Positions 28,346-38,228 of a DNA stretch of 64,000 nt are shown here, one piece after another. The DNA is from an uncultured Candidatus Binatia bacterium. Lineage in GTDB: Bacteria; Desulfobacterota; Binatia; Bin18. Each line of letters starts with the position of its first letter. Within the stretch, counting starts at the first letter, position 1. The stretch spans positions 2,752,001-2,816,000 of the forward strand of contig OZ241744.1 in the NCBI GenBank assembly GCA_965200965.1, written 5' to 3'. Under the pieces are notes generated by a model. That model saw only the letters and a list, made by a program, of their open reading frames with translations, was not told the origin of the DNA and made no database searches. The translations under genes and the position numbers were made by a program.

Positions 28346-28771
28346 TCAGGTGCCGTCGTCGTCAAGATCGACCATTGAGCCACGTCGGCGGAGACGGTCG
28401 TCAGTGCTGCGGCGGTGCAGTCTGGCTTCTTTTTCGCGGTCGCTCTGGCAGGACACACACAGCCGGGTAAACGGCAGGGCTTTGAGCCGCTCGGGCGCGA
28501 TCTCTTCTTCGCACATGTCGCAGAGGCCGTAGTCACCGGATGCGAGGCGTTCAAGGGCGTCTTCAATTGCCTGGAGTTTCTCCCGGTCGCGATCGCTCAG
28601 GATCAGATGAATTTCCCGCTCGCGTTCTTCGCTGGCCAAGTCGTAGGTATCCATGCCTTCTTCGATTGTGCCTTCTTTGCCGACCCGAAACTCTTCGTCC
28701 AACTGCTCCAGGATGTGCTGTTTCTGGGCAGTCAGGGTGGTGTGCATTTTTTTCAGAAACGTTTTCCGCAT
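28346..28771 (-). CDS. DksA/TraR C4 zinc-finger protein
   Basis: DTYD.A; YGLCDMCEEEI..RL.ALP...CVSC. Confidence 0.9.
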   Translation of the reverse strand: MRKTFLKKMHTTLTAQKQHILEQLDEEFRVGKEGTIEEGMDTYDLASEEREREIHLILSDRDREKLQAIEDALERLASGDYGLCDMCEEEIAPERLKALPFTRLCVSCQSDREKEARLHRRSTDDRLRRRGSMVDLDDDGT

Positions 28772-28882
28772 GTGACGTGCCCTCTACGCTGCGGTCTCTC
28801 AAGGCGAACCTGGTAAAGAACGCGGTCAGGCAAGGTGAACGATGCTATCGTCTTGATGAGGTAGTCATCATTGTTCACCGTG

Positions 28883-29291
28883 TCAACAGGTGGCCGGGCT
28901 GGCGAGCGGTCCAGGCAGGCGGCTGACATGCAGATCGTAGTCGGCGGTACCGACGATACGCACCGGCCCAATCTCGCCGCTGGCCGCCTGGGTCTCTTGG
29001 GGGAAGCAGGCCACCCCGTCAATATCGGGTGCCTGGCCGCGTGTGCGGCCCCACACCCTCCCCCGGTCGTCGGTGCCACACATCTCCAGCGGGCGTCAAT
29101 CCCGTCCCCGCTTTTTTCGCGGCGCATTGCCCGCAGCATCCGGTCGCTGACAGGTGTTGACCATCAGGATGCCGGTCGGTCCGGGTCAAGGCTCACGGTG
29201 TAGTCGGCCTGGGCCAGCAGGCCGACTACAACTCTCCATCAGCCAGGTTTTTGGGGCAGCCCAGGTTGACCATGTAGATGGTGGTGTCCAT
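28883..29291 (-). pseudogene. rimO: Collapsed remnant of ribosomal protein S12 methylthiotransferase
   Basis: Fragments in order: NLGCPKNLADGE*, ..MVNTC, SDRMLRAMRR, GRTRGQAPDIDGV...YDL (TRAM); only ~400 bp. Confidence 0.8.
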
Positions 29292-29297
29292 ACCGCT

Positions 29298-30197
29298 TTA
29301 CTCGTCTTCGTCCTTGTTCTCTTTGCGCTGTTGCAGGAAGCGTTGGAGCGCGTCTTCTATGTCATGGCCGTTGGCGTGGCCGTTGCCATTGCCTTTGGGC
29401 GCGGTAGTGAGTTCGACCCCTTCCTCCTGGTCACGTTCTTCGAGTTGCTTGACATAGGCGGCCATATTGGGATTCTCGGCCACGGCTTGGGCAACCTTGG
29501 CCTCAAAATCAAACGCCTGGGTGCTCAGCTCGGCGGTCTCGATACTGAACTGGAGGAAAGACTCGAGCCGTTCGACCAGGGCCAGGGCGGCCTTGGGGTT
29601 GGGTGCGGCCGAGATATAATGGGGAACATTGGCCCAAAAGCTGGCCGAGGTGACGCCGGCCTGACGACAGGTGTCGTTAAACACGCCGACAATGCCGGTC
29701 GGGCCTTCGTAGCGGGACGGCGTGACCTGAATCTGGCTGGCCAGGGTCGGATCGCTCGAGAAGCCCACTACCCGGACCGGGCGCGAATAGGCCACATCGG
29801 CCAGCAGCGCGCCAAGGGTGATGACCAGATTCACCCCGCACTGTTTGGCCAAGTCGAGGATCACGGCCGAATAGGTCTTCCACTTCAGCTGCGGCTCAAT
29901 CCCGACCCCCAGCACCAGGTTGCGCCGCAGGGCGGGGATGGTGGAGTAAAAAAAGTCGTTGGCCGGCCACTTGATCTCCCGGGATACGCCTTGTCTGAGA
30001 CGCACCTGGGGGCGGGTTTCGGAAAAATCATAGAACTCCTCGGGGTCAATCCCGGCAAACTTGCGGGCGTGCAGCCCTTTGACCAGGAACTCGGCGGCGT
30101 GGGTGGCCGCATTCCCGGCGTCGTTCCAGCCGGCAAAGGCAATGATCAGGACCGGGTCGCTGAGTGTGGGGAGTTCGTGTATCTGTAATGCGCTCAT
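29298..30197 (-). CDS. PAC2 family (proteasome assembly chaperone-like) protein
   Basis: AFAGWNDAG.AA, D.EEFYDF...RP, YEGPTGI, VPHY. Confidence 0.9.
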   Translation of the reverse strand: MSALQIHELPTLSDPVLIIAFAGWNDAGNAATHAAEFLVKGLHARKFAGIDPEEFYDFSETRPQVRLRQGVSREIKWPANDFFYSTIPALRRNLVLGVGIEPQLKWKTYSAVILDLAKQCGVNLVITLGALLADVAYSRPVRVVGFSSDPTLASQIQVTPSRYEGPTGIVGVFNDTCRQAGVTSASFWANVPHYISAAPNPKAALALVERLESFLQFSIETAELSTQAFDFEAKVAQAVAENPNMAAYVKQLEERDQEEGVELTTAPKGNGNGHANGHDIEDALQRFLQQRKENKDEDE

Positions 30198-30301
30198 CAC
30201 CTTCCCCCTCTTTCGGAGCTGCGAGAAGGGAGCTCGTCTTGCCTTCCTCTCGACCGGATAAGACGATTCCCCTTTCAAGACTGGTCAAGCGTCGCAGGAG
30301 T

Positions 30302-30691
30302 CTACCTGCTTCCCGGACTGTTGCCAAGGGATTCGAGCCAGGGCCGGTTGTCTTTGGAAAAATATCCCCCCAGCACAAGCAGCACGAGGACGACAAGCCC
30401 AACGACGATTGGGCGCACAAACGGCCGAGACGCTTGCCTCGGCACGCCTTCCACGGTCGTTGTTTTTGGGATATCAGCCAGGGAGCGGGCTACGGTTTCG
30501 GCCGGGTCCAGGTCAGGAAGCCTTGCGTAGGCACGCAGGAAGGGGACCAGATACAGGCTATCGGCTGGCAGGCGCGGATCGCCCTGCCCCTCTGACAGGT
30601 CTGGGATATGCGTCTGCCGGCACACCTCTTGGGGCGACAGCCCCCGCTCTTCTCGTTTTTGCCTGAGTTGTGTGGCGAGTTCTCCGGCCAT
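30302..30691 (-). CDS. RodZ-like HTH-TM protein, truncated/degenerate
   Basis: LRQKREERGLS..V...T.I...FLRAYAR..LDP + TM; HTH looks internally shortened. Confidence 0.6.
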   Translation of the reverse strand: MAGELATQLRQKREERGLSPQEVCRQTHIPDLSEGQGDPRLPADSLYLVPFLRAYARLPDLDPAETVARSLADIPKTTTVEGVPRQASRPFVRPIVVGLVVLVLLVLGGYFSKDNRPWLESLGNSPGSR

Positions 30692-30748
30692 ATCGCGTGC
30701 TTTCTGCCCGGTTCAGGCGTGGCAAAGGGAAGCGTGAGTTCGCAAAGG

Positions 30749-31847
30749 TCAGGATGTGTGACGGTGGAGGAGATGGGCCTCAATGAAAGGGTCGATATCG
30801 CCGTCGAGCACCGCGTCTGTATTGCCGACCTCAACCCCGGTCCGGTGATCTTTCACCATCCGGTAGGGATGCAGGACATAGGAGCGAATCTGGCTGCCCC
30901 AGGCAATATCCTTTTTGCTCTTTTCCAGGTCCTCCATCCGCTCTTTGTGTTTCTCCAGTTCATGCTCATACAGGCGGGCGCGCAAAATTTTCAGCGCCAT
31001 TGTCCGGTTGCGATGTTGGGAGCGCTCATTTTGGCAGGTGACGACAATGCCGCTCGGCAGGTGGGTCAGGCGGACGGCTGAGTCGGTCTTATTGACATGC
31101 TGGCCACCGGCTCCGCTGGCCCGGTAGGTGTCTACGCGAAGATCCTCGGGGCGCAGATCAATCTCAACGCTGTCGTCAATCTCTGGATAGACGAACAGCG
31201 AGGCAAAAGACGTATGGCGCCGGGCATTGCCGTCAAAGGGAGAAATGCGGACGAGGCGGTGAATCCCCGCTTCGGTGCGCAGATAGCCATACGCATACGC
31301 GCCCTCTACGGTGAAGGTGGCGTTCTTCAGCCCACCTCCTTCTGCCGGCAGGTACTCAACAAGGTCGGTAGTAAAGCCGCGCCGCTCTGCCCAGCGCAGG
31401 TAGAGGCGGAGCAACATATCGGCCCAGTCCTGGGCTTCGAGTCCTCCGGCACCGGGATGCAGACTTACGATGGCATTGTGGCTGTCGTGCTCACCGCTGA
31501 GGAGGTGGCGCATTTCGGCCGTGCTGACGGCCTGCTCAAGCTCGGCCAGCGCGCGTTCGACCTCACTGGCCGCCTCGGCGTCGCCCGCCTCGGCCATGTC
31601 AAAGAAGACCACGGCATCGGCGAGGGCCTGCTGGTGCTTTTTCCAGGCGTCAACCGTCTCACGCAGCGCGGCGCGTTCTTTGAGGACGGCCTGGGCTCTG
31701 TCTTGATCGTGCCAGAAGTCATTGGCGGCGGTGAGTTCTTCGAGCCTGGCGGCGCGGGCCTCTTTGACGGCAATGTCAAAGATGCCTCCCGAGTTTGTCC
31801 ACCTGGGTCTGGAGTGCAGTCAGTTTTTCCTTGAGCTCGGCCAGCAT
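30749..31847 (-). CDS. prfB: Peptide chain release factor 2 with programmed +1 frameshift
   Basis: SPF and GGQ motifs; GGGAGG-CAT-CTT-TGA-C slippery site at 31775-31790; upstream frame MLAELKEKL...RHL. Confidence 0.97.
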
Positions 31848-33463
31848 ACGCCTCCCTGTGACAGAGAGGAATCGGCTTGTCTTCCTCTCTGGTGACGATG
31901 GTAGTACACACCCCCCAGCATACCCAGACAGCCGAGGGAACACAAGTGGGCAAATACATCCCCGTATCGGGTATAAAAGCTGCGCACCCGGGGCCAGGTG
32001 ATTTCTTTGACAAAGAAGGTCGTTTCGTACAGTTCGGTGCGGGTCTGTATCGCTCCTGTCACATCAACCACCGCGGAAATCCCGGTATTGGCCGCCCGGA
32101 CGAGCGGGACACGGTTTTCAACCGCGCGCAGGGCTTCCATCATCAGGTGTTGATATGGGGCCGCGGTCCGGCCGAACCAGGCGTCGTTGGTGATGTTGAC
32201 CAGAAAGGTAGCGCCCTGCTTGACAAAGTGACGGGCAAAGTCAGGAAAAATTCCCTCGTAACAGATCAGGACGCCAAAGGCGTGCGGCAGGTCGTCTTGT
32301 TTGCCGCTCGAATTCGTCTTTGGGAGCGTGAAGACGGTTGGCCTGGTACCGGGGGCAAAGTCGCCAATGCCTTCAACAAGTTTATCCAGAAAAAACAGCA
32401 AGCTGTTTTGAAAAGGAATAAACTCGCCAAACGGAGTGAGAATCATCTTGTCGTAACGGTCTACGACCTCGGCGTCGGCAGACAGCAGATAGGCCCGGTT
32501 GAACAGGGTGAGTTGTCGTGCGGTGCGGCGAAAGGCGGGGCTGCCGAACAGCAGCGGAGTTGTGGTTTCGCGCGCCAGATTAAGAATCTGACCCCGGTAG
32601 GTATCGTCTGACTGAAAGAAAAAGGGTACCGCGGTTTCCGGCCAGACGATCAGGTCGGCGGCCGCGGCCTGGCGCGTCATGTGGGCGTAGTGGGCGATCG
32701 TGTCGACCTGAAAAGCCGGCTGCCATTTTTCGTGCTGTTCGATGTTGCCCTGGACGACGCCGACGCGCAGACGCTGGTCGTGGGGTAAGGCGGCCAGCTG
32801 AGAGCGACGCCAGGAACCCCAGGCGATGACGCACAGGACGAGGGCTGCAGTCCCCAGCAGCAGGCGTCCGCGCCCGGGACCGCGTGTAGACACCAGGGTG
32901 AACAGGACCAGGTTGCCGAAGATGACCAGGGCGGAGATGCCGTACACGCTGGTCACCTCGGCAATCTGGATCAGATTCAGCGAACGATGTTGCGAATAGC
33001 CCAGACTGACCCACGGAAAACCGATAAAGAAAAACGACCGCAGCCACTCCAGGCTTACCCACAGCAGGGGACCGAAGACCAGCAGCCGTCGCCATTCGCT
33101 TGGGGAAGGCGATTCCTCTTTGCACCAGCGGACGCCGAGGGCAAAGGTGCCGGTGTAGACGGCCAGAATGCTGCACATCAGGAAGAGGGGGATGACGGCC
33201 ACGGCCGGGGGGATATTGCTATACAGACCGATGGTATGCACAACCCAGTAGACGGTGCAGAGATAGAAGCCCATACCGCTGACCCAGCCATAGAAAAAGG
33301 CGTGGCTGAGGGGGCGCTCCCATACCACCCGCAGCAGCGGGACAAAGGCGAGCCAAGCCACCAGACCGAGGTCGGCTTTGGGGAAGGCGAGCGACAGCAG
33401 CATACCGCTGACAAAGACGACCAGGGTTGGCCGGATGGCCAGATGGCGGGATACCTGTTTCAT
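31820..33463 (-). CDS. lnt: Apolipoprotein N-acyltransferase
   Basis: GFPW, QGNI, WPETA, YDK..L.PFGE, ICYE, NDAWF, RAANTGIS. Confidence 0.95.
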   Translation of the reverse strand: MKQVSRHLAIRPTLVVFVSGMLLSLAFPKADLGLVAWLAFVPLLRVVWERPLSHAFFYGWVSGMGFYLCTVYWVVHTIGLYSNIPPAVAVIPLFLMCSILAVYTGTFALGVRWCKEESPSPSEWRRLLVFGPLLWVSLEWLRSFFFIGFPWVSLGYSQHRSLNLIQIAEVTSVYGISALVIFGNLVLFTLVSTRGPGRGRLLLGTAALVLCVIAWGSWRRSQLAALPHDQRLRVGVVQGNIEQHEKWQPAFQVDTIAHYAHMTRQAAAADLIVWPETAVPFFFQSDDTYRGQILNLARETTTPLLFGSPAFRRTARQLTLFNRAYLLSADAEVVDRYDKMILTPFGEFIPFQNSLLFFLDKLVEGIGDFAPGTRPTVFTLPKTNSSGKQDDLPHAFGVLICYEGIFPDFARHFVKQGATFLVNITNDAWFGRTAAPYQHLMMEALRAVENRVPLVRAANTGISAVVDVTGAIQTRTELYETTFFVKEITWPRVRSFYTRYGDVFAHLCSLGCLGMLGGVYYHRHQRGRQADSSLSQGGVCWPSSRKN

Positions 33464-33531
33464 GCCGAAACGGCCACTCCGCGAAGGCGCATCGCCGTAT
33501 CCGGTCGGGAGGAAGGCAAGACGAGGCCCCT

Positions 33532-34032
33532 TTAATCCCGCCACTCCTGGAGTCCTGGCAGGGCTTTGAGTTGGCGTTCTTTGGACCGCATCTGCCGGGC
33601 GGCGCTGGTTGAGACCTCGTGGTCGTAGCCCGCCAAGTGTAAAATCGCGTGAATCAATAAGACCTGGATTTCTTCGGCCGTGCTGGAGCCGCGCTGGGCG
33701 GCTTGGCGAGCTGCGGTCTCGACCGAGATGATGACCTCGCCGAGCAGGAACGGGCAGGCCGCGTCGGCCAGGGGGAAGGCCAGCACATCAGTCGGGGTGT
33801 CCTGGTGACGGTACTGACGGTTGAGACGGCGCATCTGGGGGTCGCTGACCAGGGCGATGCTGAGTTCGGCCGGGGTCTGTCCCAGGTGGCGCAGGATCGT
33901 CGTGGCCCAGCCTTGCAGCGCGGTCCGACTGACTGCCGGTGTCGTCCCGCAGATGTCGATGACGAGCCCTGGCCTGGCGGCGACGGCGGTCTCGGCGTTC
34001 TTGTCTGAGTTGCTCTCGGTGTGCTTGGTCAT
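33532..34032 (-). CDS. ybeY: rRNA maturation endoribonuclease YbeY (start uncertain)
   Basis: LN.QYR..D.PTDVLAF, H.ILHLAGYDH. Confidence 0.92.
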   Translation of the reverse strand: MTKHTESNSDKNAETAVAARPGLVIDICGTTPAVSRTALQGWATTILRHLGQTPAELSIALVSDPQMRRLNRQYRHQDTPTDVLAFPLADAACPFLLGEVIISVETAARQAAQRGSSTAEEIQVLLIHAILHLAGYDHEVSTSAARQMRSKERQLKALPGLQEWRD

Positions 34033-35020
34033 GTTCGTAAGCGCTAATCACATCTTGGACAAGCCGGTGGCGGACCACATCTTGTTCGGTGAAGAAGGTA
34101 AACTTGATACCGTCAATATGGCGCAGAATATGGTGCGCCTCTTTGAGGCCGGACCGGCTGCCGGGCGGCAGGTCAATTTGGGTGATGTCGCCGGTGATGA
34201 CCGCCTGTGAGCCGTAGCCAAGGCGGGTCAGAAACATGTGCATCTGCTCACCCGTCGTGTTCTGGGCTTCGTCCAGGATGACAAAGGCGTCGTTCAGCGT
34301 CCGTCCCCGCATAAACGCCAAGGGCGCAACCTCGATTGTGCCACGTTCAATCATTTTCTGGGCCCGGTCAAAATTGACCATATCGTACAGGGCGTCGTAC
34401 AGCGGCCGCAGATAGGGGTTGATCTTTTCGGCCAGGTCGCCGGGCAGAAAACCGAGTTTTTCTCCGGCTTCAACCGCTGGCCGGGTGAGGACGACCCGGC
34501 TCACCTTCTGTTTCATGAGTGCGGCGACCGCTACGGCCATCCCCAAGTAGGTCTTGCCCGTTCCCGCCGGACCGATACCAAACACGATGTCGTGTGTGCG
34601 GATGGCGTCGATATAGGATTTTTGGGCCAGACTTTTGGGTGTGATTGTGCGGCGTTTGGACGAGATATAGACGGTATCAAGAAAGATGTCGCGCAGCTTG
34701 GCCGAGCGGTTGCGGCTCAGAATACGAATGGCGTAGTCAACGTCGCTGGGATAGACGGGATAGCCGCTTTTGATCAAACCGTACAGTTGGGTCGTCACCC
34801 GGGCGGCCAGGTCGCGCCGGTAGTCCTCACCGGCAATGGTCAGACTCGAACCTGCGGCCGAGATTTTGACCCCCAGGGCTCTTTCGATACCGCGCAAGTG
34901 CGCGTCCTGGTTCCCCAGCAAATCGCGGAAGAAACGCGGGTTGTCAAACTCCTGTTGGGAGGTGTCTTGGAGGTGGTGGTCAACCTGGATTTCAGGAGTG
35001 TTCCGGTCGGCAAAGGTCAT
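33788..35020 (-). CDS. PhoH family ATPase with extended C-terminus overlapping ybeY
   Basis: GPAGTGKT, RPAVEAGEKLGFLPG, RGRTL, DEAQN, GDITQ.DL. Confidence 0.93.
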   Translation of the reverse strand: MTFADRNTPEIQVDHHLQDTSQQEFDNPRFFRDLLGNQDAHLRGIERALGVKISAAGSSLTIAGEDYRRDLAARVTTQLYGLIKSGYPVYPSDVDYAIRILSRNRSAKLRDIFLDTVYISSKRRTITPKSLAQKSYIDAIRTHDIVFGIGPAGTGKTYLGMAVAVAALMKQKVSRVVLTRPAVEAGEKLGFLPGDLAEKINPYLRPLYDALYDMVNFDRAQKMIERGTIEVAPLAFMRGRTLNDAFVILDEAQNTTGEQMHMFLTRLGYGSQAVITGDITQIDLPPGSRSGLKEAHHILRHIDGIKFTFFTEQDVVRHRLVQDVISAYEHDQAHREQLRQERRDRRRRQARARHRHLRDDTGSQSDRAARLGHDDPAPPGTDPGRTQHRPGQRPPDAPSQPSVPSPGHPD

Positions 35021-35070
35021 CCTGCCCTCCTGCCAATTCCTGATAATTCGGTCATCCTGCGCAATCCTGG

Positions 35071-37707
35071 TCAGGAACCGTGCTCAATCAGTTCATATAC
35101 CTTTTGCAGCGCTTCATCGAGCCGGGTGGGGTCTTTGCCGCCGGCTTGGGCAAAGTCCGAACGACCGCCCCCACCGCCCCCTACAATCGGGGCGAGCTGT
35201 TTCATCAAATCGCCGGCCTGATAGCGCCCGGCAATATCTTTACTGACCGTGGCCAGCAGACTGACCCGATCGCCGTTGACCACGCCCAGTACGATCACCC
35301 CCGGCTGGAGTTTATCCCGCAGCCGGTCGGCCATCTCCCGGAGGCCGGTGGCATCAACGCCGTCAACCCGGCTGGCCAGGACCTTGATGCCGTTCAGCTG
35401 CCGAGCCGTGCCGAGGATCGCGTCACTCTGCGAGCCGGCGACTTGGCTTTGCAGCGCGGCCAATTGCTTTTCCAGCTCACGCTGTTGGGCTAAGAGACGT
35501 GCTATTTTATCGGCGACTTCTTCTTCTGCACCTTTGACCAGCGTACCAAGTTCTTTGAGCAGCTGCTCTTTGTGGCGCACCCAGCCGAGGGCGGTGCCGC
35601 CTGTCGTGGCTTCGAGGCGCCGCACCCCAGCGGCCACGCCACTCTCGGCCTTGAGCTTGAACAGACCGATATCGCCGGTCCGGCCGATGTGGGTGCCACC
35701 GCACAGCTCGGTTGAGAAGTCGCCCATCCGAACCACCCGGACGCGCTCGCCGTACTTTTCGCCAAAAAAGGCCAAGGCACCGCTTTTCAGGGCCTCGTTG
35801 AGGGACATGTCGTCGCTGCTGACCTGGGCATTTTCACGAATATGGGCATTGACCAGGGTCTCGATCTGCTCCAGTTCGTCCGGTTTGAGCGGGCTGGTAT
35901 GGGTAAAGTCAAACCGCAGGCGGTCGGGCGTCACCAGGGAGCCGGCTTGACGGACATGGCTGCCCAAGACCTGTCTGAGAGCGGCGTGCATCACATGCGT
36001 AGCCGAGTGGTTGAGCCGGGTCGCTTCTCGCCGGGCGGTGTCAAGGATGAGACGCACCCGGTCTCCGGTTTGAATGGCACCGCGGCTGACCCGGCCCCGG
36101 TGGATGGTCAACAGCGGCTGGGGTGTCTGGGTATCGACAATCTCAACGATATCGCCCCGGCTGGTTTCCAGCCGGCCGCGATCCCCTACCTGGCCGCCAG
36201 ATTCGCCGTAGAAAGGCGTCTCCGCGGTGACAATATCGACCGTCTCGCCCTGGCCGACCGCACGGTGCTGCACGGTGCCGTTGAGCAGCACGGCGACGAT
36301 CTCGGATTCCCATTCGGTGATGCGGTCGCCAACAAAACGCGAGTGCAGATCGCTCAGGTCGGTGGTGAGCGAAACCGGGGGTTTCCGGCCGGCGCGGGCG
36401 CGGTTGCGTTGCCCTGCCATGGCCCGCTCAAAACCGGCTTGGTCCAGCCCCAAGCCCTCGGACGACAGGATGTCTTGGGTCAGGTCGGGCGGGAAGCCGT
36501 AGGTGTCGTACAGCCGAAAGGCTATCTCTCCAGACAGGCGGGTGCTCGTGCCGCTGCGCAGGCAGCTGAGCTCGTGTTCCAGCAGGGCCAGACCCCTGGC
36601 CAGGGTGTCTGAGAAGCGCGCTTCCTCAGTCCGAATGACTTCGCTGAGATAGTCGCGGCGCTCGCGGAGCGCAGGATAGGCCGCGCCCATCAGGGCCACC
36701 ACACGGTCGGCCACGCGCCACAAAAAGGGCTGCTCCAAGCCGAGCAAGCGCCCGTGGCGGAGCGCCCGGCGCACGATCCGGCGTAGCACATAGCCCCGGC
36801 CCTCGTTGCTCGGCACAACGCCGTCGGCAATGGCAAAGGCCGCGGCCCGGGCATGATCGGCAATCACCCGGAGCGAGATGTCGCTGTCCGGCGCGCGGCC
36901 ATAGCAGGTGGTGCTTAACGCTTCGGCGGCGCGGATGGTGTCGCGCAGCAGGTCCGCGTCATAATTGCCCGGTACGCCTTGGAGGACGGCGGCGATGCGC
37001 TCGAGGCCCATGCCGGTGTCCACATGCCTCGCCGGCAGATCGTTGAGCGAGCGGTCGGGATTGCGGTTGTGCTGAATAAACACCAGGTTCCACAGTTCAA
37101 TGAAGCGGGGACAGGCGGTGTTGATCTCGCAGGTATGTCCCGGCGTGTTGACCCGATCGCACGCGCCCGGTCCCCGGTCAATGTGAATCTCAGAGCACGG
37201 ACCGCAGGGGCCGGTTTCGCCCATCTCCCAAAAATTGTCCTTGTCCCCAAAGCGCAGAATCTGGTCTGGGTTGATAGTGGTCTTGGTCCGCCACAACTCA
37301 TCGGCTTCGTCGTCGGTCGTATACACGCTTGCCCACAGGCGGTCCGAGGGCAGTTTCCACACCTCGGTCAGCAGTTCCCAGGCCCAGCCGATGGCCTCTG
37401 CTTTGTAATAATCGCCAAACGACCAGGTGCCAAGCATTTCAAAGAAGGTGTGATGATAGGTATCCCGGCCAACTTCTTCGAGGTCGTTGTGTTTGCCCGA
37501 TACCCGCAGACACTTCTGGGCATCCACCACCCGGGGGTGGGTCGGCTGTTCCATTCCCAGAAAGATGTTCTTGAACGGCACCATGCCGGCGTTGGTGAAC
37601 AGGAGCGTCGGGTCGTTGGCTGGAATGAGGGACGCGCTGGGCACGATGCGATGACCCCGGTCCGCAAAAAAACGCAGAAAACTGTCTCGAATTTCGTTTC
37701 CGGTCAT
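35071..37707 (-). CDS. alaS: Alanine--tRNA ligase
   Basis: FTNAGM, HHTFFEML, DTGMGLER, HSATH, CGGTH, GGGGG..AQAGG. Confidence 0.99.
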   Translation of the reverse strand: MTGNEIRDSFLRFFADRGHRIVPSASLIPANDPTLLFTNAGMVPFKNIFLGMEQPTHPRVVDAQKCLRVSGKHNDLEEVGRDTYHHTFFEMLGTWSFGDYYKAEAIGWAWELLTEVWKLPSDRLWASVYTTDDEADELWRTKTTINPDQILRFGDKDNFWEMGETGPCGPCSEIHIDRGPGACDRVNTPGHTCEINTACPRFIELWNLVFIQHNRNPDRSLNDLPARHVDTGMGLERIAAVLQGVPGNYDADLLRDTIRAAEALSTTCYGRAPDSDISLRVIADHARAAAFAIADGVVPSNEGRGYVLRRIVRRALRHGRLLGLEQPFLWRVADRVVALMGAAYPALRERRDYLSEVIRTEEARFSDTLARGLALLEHELSCLRSGTSTRLSGEIAFRLYDTYGFPPDLTQDILSSEGLGLDQAGFERAMAGQRNRARAGRKPPVSLTTDLSDLHSRFVGDRITEWESEIVAVLLNGTVQHRAVGQGETVDIVTAETPFYGESGGQVGDRGRLETSRGDIVEIVDTQTPQPLLTIHRGRVSRGAIQTGDRVRLILDTARREATRLNHSATHVMHAALRQVLGSHVRQAGSLVTPDRLRFDFTHTSPLKPDELEQIETLVNAHIRENAQVSSDDMSLNEALKSGALAFFGEKYGERVRVVRMGDFSTELCGGTHIGRTGDIGLFKLKAESGVAAGVRRLEATTGGTALGWVRHKEQLLKELGTLVKGAEEEVADKIARLLAQQRELEKQLAALQSQVAGSQSDAILGTARQLNGIKVLASRVDGVDATGLREMADRLRDKLQPGVIVLGVVNGDRVSLLATVSKDIAGRYQAGDLMKQLAPIVGGGGGGRSDFAQAGGKDPTRLDEALQKVYELIEHGS

Positions 37708-38228
37708 AGCTCGTCTTCTTTCGGCCGCGGACGGCCCAATAGCTGTTCGGCAAACTCGGAGGAATATCCCCGCCGCACGAGCAGGCGCAGCGCCCGGGCA
37801 CAGGTCTGCTGTTGTAGCGCGCCCGCCGGAAAACGGCTAGACAGCAGCTTGCGGGCACCGCTGATCTCAAGGTCTGCCTGTCGGGCTTCCAGTGTCTGCT
37901 CAATCAGGGCGGCGTCAAGCTGGTGGTGAACGAGTTTTTGCCGGATGGCGGCCGGGCCAAAGCCGCGCGTCTGAAAACGCTGGGTCAACTCCGCGGCCAG
38001 GCGGGCATCGTTGAGATAGCCCTGGCGGGTGAGGTCTAGGGCGGCTTGCTCCACCGCGCGTGGGCTGAAGCTAAACAAGCCTTACCTCACTCCGTGCTGA
38101 GTCGCTTGCTCCACCGCGCGTGGGCTGAAGCCTTTGGCGCGCATCTTTGCTGCCAGGCCAGCCGCACTATAGGCCCGTTGGCCCAGCAGACGACAGGCGT
38201 AGTCAAGGGCGGTGAGCGTGCCGGTCAT
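37704..38228 (-). pseudogene. recX: RecX interrupted by a 60-bp insertion with in-frame TAA
   Basis: ATG 38228 overlaps aroC stop: MTGTLTALDYACRLLGQRAYS...KGFSPRAVEQA[insert*]...GYLNDARLA...GFGP..I..KL...RRGYS. Confidence 0.85.
38044..38131. repeat. Perfect 28-bp direct repeat flanking a 32-bp unique insert (single-spacer CRISPR-like unit)
   Basis: GCTTGCTCCACCGCGCGTGGGCTGAAGC at 38044-38071 and 38104-38131. Confidence 0.9.

Noticed and set aside
31775-31790. Frameshift in prfB as a novelty or pseudogene
   Set aside because: It is the well-known programmed autoregulatory +1 frameshift.
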